Below, in pieces: positions 38,571-47,222 of a stretch of DNA of 64,000 nucleotides (its first letter is position 1; each line of letters opens with the position of its first letter). Under the pieces are notes generated by a model. The model saw only the letters and a list, made by a program, of their open reading frames with translations. It did no database searches and had not been told where the DNA came from. The position numbers and the translations under genes were made by a program. Origin of the DNA: Rhodospirillales bacterium (GTDB lineage: Bacteria > Pseudomonadota > Alphaproteobacteria > Rhodospirillales > SHVU01). Location: the NCBI GenBank assembly GCA_009691105.1, contig SHVU01000001.1:22882-86881 (forward strand), read 5' to 3'.

Positions 38571-39374
38571 TTGAGGATCGGGGTCTTCGGCGCCGCCGGA
38601 GCGACGGGCAAAGAAGTGGTCCGCCGCATCCTTTCGACTCCCGGCCTCGTGCTCTCCGGGGGCACGGGTCGTCCGAAAAGTGCCGACATCGGCAAGGATA
38701 TTGCCGCCGCCGCCGGTTTGAAGCCGATCGGCTTGCCGATCTTGGCCGATCCGGCCGCCGTCTTCGCCATCTCCGACGTGGTCATCGACTTCGCGCTGTC
38801 ATCGGCGACCATTCAGCATTTGAAGCTTGCCGCCAAAGCCAAGGTCCCGATCGTTCTCGGGGTCACCGGGTTCAAGGCGGCGCATCGCACGGCGATCGCG
38901 CAAGCCGCCAAAAAGACCGCCGTCGTCGAAGCCCCGAACACGGCCTACGCCGTCAATCTCGCCATGGTCTACATCGAGCGTGTTGCCCGTGTTCTCGCCG
39001 GCGATTTCGACATCGAGATCGTCACCGTCGGCGATCGCAAGCTGCCGTTCGCGCCATCGGGCACCGCGTTGCAGCTGGTCGATGCGGCGGCGCGCGGCCT
39101 CGGCGTCAAACGCGACAATGCTCTCGTCAAAGTCCGTGACGGCGACATCGGGGTTCGCAAGCCGACGGCGATCGGGCTCCATAACATTCGCGGCGGTATT
39201 CGCCCCGGCAATTCCCAGCGCGGCATTTTCTTCGGCGATTCCGAAGTCATCGAGATCGCCGGCATCACCTCGTCGCCCGGGGTCTATGCCGACGGCGCGG
39301 TCATTGCGGCGCAGTGGGTTAAAGGCAAGCGCCCCGGCCATTACGGCATGCGGGAGGTCTTCGACCTTGGTTGA
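38571..39374 (+). CDS. DapB-like paralog lacking the catalytic HHxHK motif (putative pseudoenzyme or neofunctionalised reductase)
   Basis: 267 aa, homologous to the downstream DapB along its full length. Keeps GAAGATG and APSGTA. Has VTVGDRKLPFAPSGTA (39021-39068) where DapB has VEMHHRHKVDSPSGTA. TTG start. Confidence 0.75.
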   Translation: MRIGVFGAAGATGKEVVRRILSTPGLVLSGGTGRPKSADIGKDIAAAAGLKPIGLPILADPAAVFAISDVVIDFALSSATIQHLKLAAKAKVPIVLGVTGFKAAHRTAIAQAAKKTAVVEAPNTAYAVNLAMVYIERVARVLAGDFDIEIVTVGDRKLPFAPSGTALQLVDAAARGLGVKRDNALVKVRDGDIGVRKPTAIGLHNIRGGIRPGNSQRGIFFGDSEVIEIAGITSSPGVYADGAVIAAQWVKGKRPGHYGMREVFDLG

Positions 39375-39384
39375 GAAGCGCCCC

Positions 39385-40176
39385 TTGAAAGTCGGCGTCG
39401 TCGGCTGCGCCGGCCGTATGGGCCGGATGCTGGTCGCCGAGATCGTCGCGACGCCGGGCTTGGCGCTCGGCGGCGGAACCGAGATCGCCGGAAATCCTGT
39501 CCTTGGCAGCGACGTCGCGCAGCAAGCCGGATTGCCGGCGGCGGGCCTCGTCGTCGGCAGCGATCCGCGGGCGCTGTTCAAGGCCTGTGACGCCGTCGTC
39601 GATTTCACGTTGCCGGCCGCCACCGCCATCCACGCCGATCTTGCCGCCGAGGCCAAAAAAATTCTGATCGCCGGGACGACGGGTCTGACCCCGGCCCAGC
39701 AAGAAATCGTCACCATGGCGGCGACGCGGACCGCCATCGTCCAGAGCGCCAACATGAGCGTCGGCGTCAACATTCTGCTCGGGCTTGCCGAAGATGCGGC
39801 GCGGCGCCTGACTGAGACCTACGACATCGAGATCGTCGAAATGCATCATCGCCACAAAGTCGATTCGCCGTCGGGAACGGCCTTGGCTTTGGGCCGGGCT
39901 GCTGCCAAAGGCCGTGGCGTCGATCTCGACAGCGTCAAGAAAATAGATCGCGATGGGGCGCGGCGCACCGGCGACATCGGGTTCGCGGTGTTGCGCGGCG
40001 GCGATGTCGCCGGCGATCACTCGTTGATCTTCGCCGCCGACGGCGTTCGCTTCGAACTCACCCACCGCGCCGGATCGCGGCGCATCTTCGCCAAGGGTGC
40101 GGCCCGGGCGTTGCTCTGGTCGCGGGGCCGGAAGCCTGGCCTCTATTCGATGCGCGACGTCTTGGGCCTCGGCTAG
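39385..40176 (+). CDS. dapB: 4-hydroxy-tetrahydrodipicolinate reductase
   Basis: KVGVVGCAGRMGR, EIVEMHHRHKVDSPSGTA (39835-39882), GDHSLIF, THRAGSRRIFAKGA. Start at TTG 39385, with an alternative TTG at 39367 overlapping the upstream stop. Confidence 0.9.
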   Translation: MKVGVVGCAGRMGRMLVAEIVATPGLALGGGTEIAGNPVLGSDVAQQAGLPAAGLVVGSDPRALFKACDAVVDFTLPAATAIHADLAAEAKKILIAGTTGLTPAQQEIVTMAATRTAIVQSANMSVGVNILLGLAEDAARRLTETYDIEIVEMHHRHKVDSPSGTALALGRAAAKGRGVDLDSVKKIDRDGARRTGDIGFAVLRGGDVAGDHSLIFAADGVRFELTHRAGSRRIFAKGAARALLWSRGRKPGLYSMRDVLGLG

Positions 40177-40186
40177 GCCCCGCCGT

Positions 40187-40654
40187 TCACGGCTGAACGG
40201 CGGCGAGAGCCTGACGAAGGTCGCCGGCAATGCGCAACCGTTCCTCGGCCGTCAAAAAACTGGCGATGCGGACCGACCGTCCGTGACTTCGCAGGACGAG
40301 CGGCGGATCGTCGTCGACGGATCCGGCCATCACGACCTTCAACCAATACGGCTGAAACGAATGATTGAGCCGCCGTCCCCAGGGATCGATCCTGCGAATT
40401 TGCAGCTCGCGGGCCGTAAGCGGGATCGTTTCGCTCCGCCGTCCGCCGCGCAAGTTGAGGCGCAGCGCTACGGCCAGGAGAATCACGTCGAGGCCGAGAA
40501 AACCGGAGACCGGCCAAGCTCCGATCGCCATGAACACCGCGCCGACGCCGCTGACCGCGAGCGCCAGGGTCGCGACCACGACATTGAGCCCGAGCAGGGT
40601 CGCGCTCCGATGAGGCCGAAGCACCGTGCGATAGAGGACCGGATCGTTCGCCAT
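40187..40654 (-). CDS. DUF2244-type integral membrane protein
   Basis: 155 aa. Two TM helices followed by ...LTARELQIRRIDPWGR...FQPYWLKV... (family name from recollection). Confidence 0.65.
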   Translation of the reverse strand: MANDPVLYRTVLRPHRSATLLGLNVVVATLALAVSGVGAVFMAIGAWPVSGFLGLDVILLAVALRLNLRGGRRSETIPLTARELQIRRIDPWGRRLNHSFQPYWLKVVMAGSVDDDPPLVLRSHGRSVRIASFLTAEERLRIAGDLRQALAAVQP

Positions 40655-40737
40655 GACCGCCGCCGTGCCTCGACGCCTTCAGAGTTCGCTCATTATTATC
40701 AGCCTGTCGAGGGAAGAAAAGACGAGCTCCTCCGGCC

Positions 40738-41484
40738 ATGAAGCCTGACGCGATCGAGACCTTCTATTCCCGGTTCCAGCAACGCGACCGCGTTCCGAAA
40801 GGCGAGCTCGTCTACGTCGATCCCTATACGTTGCTGGTGGCGGTGGTGCTGTCGGCTCAGGCCACCGACACCTCGGTCAACAAGGCGACCGCGGAGCTGT
40901 TCAAGGTCGCGACAACGCCCCAGGCCATGATCGCCTTGGGCGAGGAAAAGCTTCGCGGATACATCAAGACCATCGGGCTCTTCAACACCAAGGCGAAGAA
41001 CGTCATCGCACTAAGCCAGCTGTTGCTCAGCGAGCACGGCGGCCAAGTCCCGACGAACCGCGAGGCTTTGGAGCGCTTACCGGGGGTCGGGCGCAAGACC
41101 GCCAACGTCGTCATGAACATCGCTTTCGGCGCACCGACCATCGCCGTCGATACTCATGTCTTTCGGGTGTCGAACCGCACCGGGCTCGCGCCTGGCAAAA
41201 CGGTTCTTGATGTCGAGGAAAAGCTCGAGCGCGTGACGCCCGCTGCCTACAAGACCCACGCCCATCATTGGTTGATTTTGCACGGCCGCTACGTCTGCAC
41301 GGCGCGGGGTCCGAAATGCCCGACGTGCTTGGTGCGTGATCTTTGCGCGTGGCCGGAAAAAACCTCCGCCGAAGGCGGAGGCGTCAGTCCGAAGTCTTCG
41401 GCTTCGCCGTCGCGACCAGGGTCCGCCAACAACCGTCGACGTCAACCCGGGCGACGCTCCGGCCCCGCATCTCGACGTGGGTGA
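40738..41484 (+). CDS. nth: endonuclease III
   Basis: HhH-GPD motif LERLPGVGRKTANVV, catalytic region, and the Fe-S cluster loop CTARGPKCPTCLVRDLC. Carries a ~40-aa low-complexity C-terminal tail that overlaps the convergent gene. Confidence 0.9.
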   Translation: MKPDAIETFYSRFQQRDRVPKGELVYVDPYTLLVAVVLSAQATDTSVNKATAELFKVATTPQAMIALGEEKLRGYIKTIGLFNTKAKNVIALSQLLLSEHGGQVPTNREALERLPGVGRKTANVVMNIAFGAPTIAVDTHVFRVSNRTGLAPGKTVLDVEEKLERVTPAAYKTHAHHWLILHGRYVCTARGPKCPTCLVRDLCAWPEKTSAEGGGVSPKSSASPSRPGSANNRRRQPGRRSGPASRRG

Positions 41485-41848
41485 CGCGCGCACCGTTCGC
41501 GTCCTTGTGAAGAAATATATCGAGGACGCAGGTTTCGCCCCGGTACTGCCAAAGCTCGGACGGACCGTCGCGGCGCAAAAATCCTGGCTCGCCCAATAGC
41601 GCGGTGACTTCGAGCGGCGGCAATCCGACCAAGCGGTCGGGCCGGCCGAGGTTGGCCGGCATGGAAACGGCGCTGACCGGCGACAACAACGTCGGCGCCG
41701 GCGGCACGGCGGCCGACGGTCCGGGTGTCGCGCTGAGCGGCGTGATGACTTTGGATACGACCGGGGCCCTCGGCGCCGAGGGCGCGCCGCAGGCAGCGAC
41801 GGTCATCACTAAGAGGGCGGCGAAGACGCCGCCGGTGGTGCGGCTCAC
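41384..41848 (-). CDS. hypothetical lipoprotein
   Basis: 154 aa. Signal peptide plus lipobox LLVMTVAAC. The GTG start overlaps the bactofilin stop (GTGA). No recognisable domain. Confidence 0.5.
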   Translation of the reverse strand: MSRTTGGVFAALLVMTVAACGAPSAPRAPVVSKVITPLSATPGPSAAVPPAPTLLSPVSAVSMPANLGRPDRLVGLPPLEVTALLGEPGFLRRDGPSELWQYRGETCVLDIFLHKDANGARVTHVEMRGRSVARVDVDGCWRTLVATAKPKTSD

Positions 41849-42453
41849 GATGTTTTGTCGGTCCCTATTCTGGATCCCGACAGGCCGCCCTCGCGTTTCT
41901 GTCCCGGACGATCGGTGGCCGGCAAAGCCTGCATGTCGCCGGCAACGACGCCGCCCGATTCGACGATGATGCGGCCGTAGCGTACCGAGCCGCTGATCTT
42001 GCCTTGGTTACGGACGATCAGCTTGTCGCGGGCAATGAGTTCGCCTTCGAAGTGGCCACTGATGTCGGCTTCTTCGACTTCGGCGTTGCCTTTGAAATGT
42101 CCGGTCGGCGTCACTTCGAGGGTGCGTGCGTCAACCAACGAGGCCTCGACATAGCCTTCGACGACAATACGCGAGCACGCCGAAATTTCGCCTTTGAGGC
42201 GGATGTCGCGGCCGACGATCAGCTTGCTGCTGTCGCCTTGCACGGGACGCGAGCGATTGCCGCGCATCCCGATGTCGGAGATCTGACGCGGGACGTCGGT
42301 GCGACCGCCGCCTTCGCTCGCCGCGCCGGCGACACCCTGGGCGCCACGTCGCGAAAACGGTTTCAACGGAGGCGCTCCGGATTTGTCTTCAGCTTCGCGG
42401 CCGACCTCAGCCGAATCCTCGCCGTCTTCAGAATCGCCGCGCTTGAAAATCAT
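41845..42453 (-). CDS. bactofilin-family cytoskeletal protein
   Basis: Bactofilin (DUF583) beta-helical repeat core: LIVGRDIRLKGEISACSRIVVEGYVEASL...GHFKGNAEVEEADISGHFEGELIARDKLIVRNQGKISGSVRYGRIIVESGGVVAGD. ATG 42453 (MIFKRGD...) overlaps the upstream stop (ATGA). Confidence 0.8.
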   Translation of the reverse strand: MIFKRGDSEDGEDSAEVGREAEDKSGAPPLKPFSRRGAQGVAGAASEGGGRTDVPRQISDIGMRGNRSRPVQGDSSKLIVGRDIRLKGEISACSRIVVEGYVEASLVDARTLEVTPTGHFKGNAEVEEADISGHFEGELIARDKLIVRNQGKISGSVRYGRIIVESGGVVAGDMQALPATDRPGQKREGGLSGSRIGTDKTS

Positions 42454-43115
42454 CCAACCTTTCCTCGGCGTGGCCGCCACGCTTCTACGGCCCGCACCAT
42501 GACGATCGTCGCAAACACCGGTGCCGCAAGATTGATTACCGGCAACGTGTGCGCGAAGGCGATCGCAATCCCGAGGAGGAAAATCCGGCCTCGGTTGGCG
42601 AGTTTCAGCGCCATGACCCCATCGCGGTCCAGCCGGCGCATCGCCGCCATTTCAAAATACTCGCGGCCGAGAAGATAGCCGTTCGCGCCATAGAAGACAA
42701 AAGGGAAAACCGGCGGGATGAAGAGCGCCAAGAGGACCAGGAAATTGACCCCGAGACTGACGACCAGGAAGCGAATCGCCAGGCCCATGGCGGCCAGGGT
42801 CGAGGTCGGCTGATCGGGGGGCGTGCCATTGCGTTCGATGGCCTGGGCGATGTTTTCCTGGATCAGGCTGACCCCGACGCCGGCAAAGGCCGGGAACAGC
42901 ATGGCGGTCAGGACGATGGCCGCGGCCCCGCCCAAAATGTCGATAACGGCTTCGATCCAGGGGGTGTCGAAGGCCGTGGTTTGGACCAGGGCCCAGCCGG
43001 CGCCGATCCAGACCAAAACCATGATTCCGGCCGCCCCGATCCCCGCCTTGAACAGCAGGGTACGGATGCGCGGGTCAAACAGGTCGTTGAGGGCGCGAAC
43101 CAGGATGGTGATCAT
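42450..43115 (-). CDS. EI24/CysZ-like multi-pass membrane protein
   Basis: C-terminal 221 aa of the track ORF, starting MITILVRALNDLFDPRIRTLLFK. At least four TM segments; pattern resembles the CysZ/EI24 family. Confidence 0.65.
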   Translation of the reverse strand: MITILVRALNDLFDPRIRTLLFKAGIGAAGIMVLVWIGAGWALVQTTAFDTPWIEAVIDILGGAAAIVLTAMLFPAFAGVGVSLIQENIAQAIERNGTPPDQPTSTLAAMGLAIRFLVVSLGVNFLVLLALFIPPVFPFVFYGANGYLLGREYFEMAAMRRLDRDGVMALKLANRGRIFLLGIAIAFAHTLPVINLAAPVFATIVMVRAVEAWRPRRGKVG

Positions 43116-43196
43116 GGGGGCAAGCCTACCTCGGTTTTCGTCCGCCCGCCGGGGTGCGATTGCACTGGCCGCGGATTTCGCCGATATAGTCGCATT

Positions 43197-44189
43197 ATGA
43201 GCGAAATTCACCATGACGCCGTCGGCATCGGCAACGCCATCGTCGACGTCATCGCCAACGCCGACGAGGCGTTCCTGATCCGCCACGGCCTCGCCAAGGG
43301 GGGCATGACCCTGATCGACGAGGCCCGGGCCGAAAGCCTCTACGCGGCCATGGCGGCAGGGATCGAATCCTCGGGCGGCTCGGCGGCCAATACCATCGCG
43401 GCGCTGGCCTCGCTGGGCGGTACCGGCGGGTTCATCGGCAAGGTCCGCGATGACACCCTTGGCAAGGTCTTCGCCCACGACATCCGCGCCGGCGGCATCG
43501 CTTATGTGACCGCGCCGGCGACGGACGGCAAAGCCACGGCGCGCTGTTTGATTTTCGTGACGCCCGATGCCCAGCGTACCATGCAGACGTTTTTGGGCGC
43601 GTCCATCGATCTCGGCCCCGACGACATCCAGCCCGAGATGATCGCGCAAGCCAGCTACACGTATCTCGAGGGTTATCTCTGGGACCCGCCGGAGTGCAAG
43701 AAGGCCTTCCTGAAAGCCGCCAAAATCGCCCACGACGCCGGCCGCAAAGTCGCGCTCAGTTTGTCGGATGCGTTTTGCGTCGAGCGCCACCGCGCCGATT
43801 TTCTCGATCTCGTCACCGATCACGTCGACGTCCTGTTCGCCAACGAAGCCGAAATCACGTCGTTATTCCAAGCCCCGAATTTCGACGAAGCCTTGCAGAA
43901 GGTGCGCGGCCGAGTCGGGCTCGCGGCGCTGACACGCAGCGAAAAAGGCTCGGTCATCGTCGCCGGTGACGACGTCCATGTCGTCGATGCCATTCGCCAG
44001 GATCGCTTGGTTGACACGACCGGCGCCGGAGACGCCTACGCGGCGGGATTCCTGTTCGGTCTGGCCCGGGGTCGGACCGTGGTCGAATCGGCCCGGATCG
44101 GCGGGCTTGCCGCCGCCGAGGTCATCAGCCATTTCGGGGCCCGGCCGAAGACGCCGCTGCGTGATCTTCTGGCCCGCCACCCGGTCTAG
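43197..44189 (+). CDS. PfkB-family carbohydrate/adenosine kinase
   Basis: AVGIGNAIVDVI..., GGSAANT, DTTGAGDAYAAGFLFG (PfkB signature 2). Confidence 0.85.
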   Translation: MSEIHHDAVGIGNAIVDVIANADEAFLIRHGLAKGGMTLIDEARAESLYAAMAAGIESSGGSAANTIAALASLGGTGGFIGKVRDDTLGKVFAHDIRAGGIAYVTAPATDGKATARCLIFVTPDAQRTMQTFLGASIDLGPDDIQPEMIAQASYTYLEGYLWDPPECKKAFLKAAKIAHDAGRKVALSLSDAFCVERHRADFLDLVTDHVDVLFANEAEITSLFQAPNFDEALQKVRGRVGLAALTRSEKGSVIVAGDDVHVVDAIRQDRLVDTTGAGDAYAAGFLFGLARGRTVVESARIGGLAAAEVISHFGARPKTPLRDLLARHPV

Positions 44190-44237
44190 GGATCCATCTG
44201 CCATGGCGGCTTCTCAGCGCCGTCGCGGCCCGGTACT

Positions 44238-45515
44238 TTGAACCATGGTGCGATGAACACGCCGATCATGCCGGATGACGACGCCTGGTTCGACGCCAGC
44301 GCCACGCCGGGCCATCGTTTCGCCGTCGGGCGATTCTGGCGGGCGATGCCCTCGGGCATGCCGCGCCGCTGGTGGATGTTCCGCCCCTTCGATCTCGTGG
44401 CGCGCCATTGGCCCATAGGCAAACGTCGACGCGGCGTTCTCGTCGTCCGCATGGACGGCATCGGCGACATGGTGCTGTTCCGCCGCACCCTCGATCGTTA
44501 CGCGGAAATTTTCGGCGTCGAGCGGTCCGATATCATCGTGCTCGGATGTCGGAGTTGGGCGAGCGTCAAGGACGGGATCTTCGCCGGCTATCGCGTCCAC
44601 GCCATCGACGAGCATGCATTCGCGCGGTTTCCGCTCTATCGATTCAAAGTTTCGATGTGGGTGCGGCGTTTGGCGCCGGCTGTCGCTGTCTGTGATTCCT
44701 TTTTCCGCCGACCGCTCATGGCCGACTCGCTGGTGCTGGTGTCGGGCGCGCCGCGCCAAATTTTGTCGCTGCCACATATCAGCGAACGGACGCGGCCGCT
44801 GTTCACGTATTACCTGTCGCAAGCCACCGACATCGTCAATACCGGCCTCTATCCGACCCACGAGGCCGTGCGCCATGCCCGGTTCGTCTCGGCGCTCGCC
44901 GGGCGTCCCATCGCCGCCGAGCCGCCGGCCATCGCCTGGCGCGACGGACCGAACCCGGCGCGCGGCGCGCCGTACATCGTCCTCAATCCGGGTAGCAACG
45001 AGCCTGGCCGGCGTTGGCCGATCGCGTCTTATGCCGCGATCGCCAAACGGCTGCGGGCCGCTGGTCGCCGTGTTGTGCTGGTCGGCTCGGCCGAAGAAAA
45101 AATCCCGTCACCGGCTTTGGCGGCGTTGCGAAATGACGTTGGCATTCTCGATCTCACCGGCCGCACCAGCCTGCCGGAATTGATGGATGTGATGAAAGGC
45201 GCGGCTGCGGTCCTCAGCAACGATTCCGGACCGGCCCATCTTGCCATCGCGCTCGGGACGCCGACCGTCGTTGTCGTGGGCGGTGGGCACTTCGGAAGTT
45301 TCTTTCCGTACCCGGAAGGCGTGCGTCCGGACAACGCCCGTTTCGTCTTCCAAGAGATGGAGTGCTACCACTGCTTCTGGAGCTGTCATAAGCGGAAGAC
45401 CAAGTACGACGTCTTTCCGTGCATCAGCGCCATCGACGAAGACCGTGTCTGGCGCGAGCTCGACGGACTTCTGGCGCGGCCGGCGGCGCTTCGCGAGCCC
45501 TTACACGCTGGATGA
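44238..45515 (+). CDS. glycosyltransferase family 9 (heptosyltransferase-like) with a C-terminal 4-Cys motif
   Basis: GVLVVRMDGIGDMVLF, LNPGSNEPGRRWP, LTGRTSLPELM, SNDSGPAHLAIALGTPTVVV, then CYHCFWSCHKRKTKYDVFPC (45363-45422). An alternative start is ATG 44376. Confidence 0.75.
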   Translation: MNHGAMNTPIMPDDDAWFDASATPGHRFAVGRFWRAMPSGMPRRWWMFRPFDLVARHWPIGKRRRGVLVVRMDGIGDMVLFRRTLDRYAEIFGVERSDIIVLGCRSWASVKDGIFAGYRVHAIDEHAFARFPLYRFKVSMWVRRLAPAVAVCDSFFRRPLMADSLVLVSGAPRQILSLPHISERTRPLFTYYLSQATDIVNTGLYPTHEAVRHARFVSALAGRPIAAEPPAIAWRDGPNPARGAPYIVLNPGSNEPGRRWPIASYAAIAKRLRAAGRRVVLVGSAEEKIPSPALAALRNDVGILDLTGRTSLPELMDVMKGAAAVLSNDSGPAHLAIALGTPTVVVVGGGHFGSFFPYPEGVRPDNARFVFQEMECYHCFWSCHKRKTKYDVFPCISAIDEDRVWRELDGLLARPAALREPLHAG

Positions 45516-46639
45516 TGAGCGGCTTTCGTCTCAACAATCTCGTCGATAGGTGGTTGGCGCGACAAGCGCGCCCGGATCGGCCGGGCCGCGGCGTTCTCGT
45601 CGTGTCGAGCGGAGGCCTCGGCGACACGATTTTGTTCTCGCTCGCCTTCCCGCGCTTCCGCGCCCTCGCCCGCGCTGGCGAGCCGGTGCATCTCGTTCTG
45701 CGCCGCGACACCGCCAAGGCGGCGTTTCTGTTTCCGCCCGACGTCAATGTTATCGCCATCGACTATCGGCGCTTCGCCCGCAATCCGCTCTATCGCCTCC
45801 GCGAAGGGCGCCGCTTGCGCGACCTCGGGGTGCGCGTCGCGATCTCGGCCGATCATTTGCGCCTTCCGACCGTAGACGACGTTTTGGTCATGGCGACTGG
45901 CGCGGCGGAACGTTACGCGCTTGAGCCGCGGTCCTGGCCTAAGCACGATGCCCGGCTTCGTCGGAATCGTGGCTGGTACACGGACTGGGTGCCGGTCGCG
46001 CCGGGCATGGCCCACAAGATGCGGCGCTGGGTTGATCTCGCCAACGGCCTCGCCCAACGCGCCGATCCACTTCCTGTTGTTCGCATCGCGCCCGAGCGCT
46101 TGCCGGCGCCGGCCGCACTCGACGCTCCGACCGTCGTCATTCATCCGTTCTCGGCGGTCGCGGGCAAACAGCATTCGGTCGATCTGTGGCGGCGCATCCT
46201 GACGGCGCTGCCGGCGTCGTTCGAGGTCGTGGTTTCGGCTGGGCCCCGCGATCTCGCTGCGCATCCGGAATTCTCGACGCTGCTGGCGATGCCCCGGGTC
46301 CGGCTCGACGGCGGCGATCTTCGCTCGACCGCGGCGTTGATCCGCGCGGCGCGATTCGTCGTCTCGGTGGATTCGTCGATCCTGCATCTCGCCGCCGGCA
46401 CCGGAACGCCGACTTTAGCTTTGGCGAGCGCCGCTCACGTCGTCGACGCGGTGCCGTACGATCCGGCGATGACGCCCGCGAACGTCGAGGTCCTTTATCA
46501 CGACATGCCGTGCCGCGGCTGCTGCGGCCAATGCATCTATCCACCCGAAGACGGGCGCTATCCTTGCGTCGCACGGCTAGACCGGGACGTCGTCTTGGCG
46601 CGGGTTCAGGCGTTCGTGGAGAAAGCGGGGCAGTCTTAA
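45512..46639 (+). CDS. glycosyltransferase family 9 (heptosyltransferase-like) with a C-terminal 4-Cys motif
   Basis: GVLVVSSGGLGDTILF, VDSSILHLAAGTGTPTLAL, then CRGCCGQCIYPPEDGRYPC (46511-46567). ATG 45512 overlaps the upstream stop (ATGA). Confidence 0.75.
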   Translation: MMSGFRLNNLVDRWLARQARPDRPGRGVLVVSSGGLGDTILFSLAFPRFRALARAGEPVHLVLRRDTAKAAFLFPPDVNVIAIDYRRFARNPLYRLREGRRLRDLGVRVAISADHLRLPTVDDVLVMATGAAERYALEPRSWPKHDARLRRNRGWYTDWVPVAPGMAHKMRRWVDLANGLAQRADPLPVVRIAPERLPAPAALDAPTVVIHPFSAVAGKQHSVDLWRRILTALPASFEVVVSAGPRDLAAHPEFSTLLAMPRVRLDGGDLRSTAALIRAARFVVSVDSSILHLAAGTGTPTLALASAAHVVDAVPYDPAMTPANVEVLYHDMPCRGCCGQCIYPPEDGRYPCVARLDRDVVLARVQAFVEKAGQS

Positions 46640-46715
46640 CCCTAGGACAAGCTTCCTGCGGCGGCTGGCCGTGCTAGACTTCTGGCGATAGGCGATCTCG
46701 GCCAGGAGGGGCTCC

Positions 46716-47222
46716 ATGGCGTTGTCGTCTCGTGTATCCAAAATTAGTGCAGCACTGGCGCCGATCATCGCGATCGTCATCGGCGTGTCGGCATCGGCGC
46801 AAGACTTCTGGAATTATCCCGTGGTCGAAGCGATCATTGCCAACGATACGGCTGCTGTAACCAAATTTCTGGCCGACGGTCTCGATCCCAACCGCGATTA
46901 CGAGTTCGAACATCCGCGCTGGAACGATGGCAAGCCGACCAAGATGTGGCTGCCGATGGTCGCGGGCATGTTCGGCCGCCTCGACATTTTGAAAGGGCTG
47001 TACGCGCATCCGCAATTCAAGACGACCAAAGAGAAGAACACCTATCCCCTGTGCATGACGATTTCCCATCGCCATCCGGAGGTGGCGTTGTTCCTCCTCA
47101 CCAAAGACGTTTACGTCGATCCGCCGGGCGGTTGTTCGGGATGGTTCTCTCCGATGGCGCGCGCCAAAGAACAGGAACTGGACGTCGTCGTCGCGGCGCT
47201 TCGCAAGGCCGGTGCGCCATGA
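46716..47222 (+). CDS. secreted ankyrin-repeat-like protein
   Basis: Signal peptide (APIIAIVIGVSASAQD). Ankyrin-like units: AIIANDTAAVTKFLADGLDPN, GRLDILKGLYAHP, HRHPEVALFLLTK. AGGAGG SD upstream. Confidence 0.55.
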   Translation: MALSSRVSKISAALAPIIAIVIGVSASAQDFWNYPVVEAIIANDTAAVTKFLADGLDPNRDYEFEHPRWNDGKPTKMWLPMVAGMFGRLDILKGLYAHPQFKTTKEKNTYPLCMTISHRHPEVALFLLTKDVYVDPPGGCSGWFSPMARAKEQELDVVVAALRKAGAP

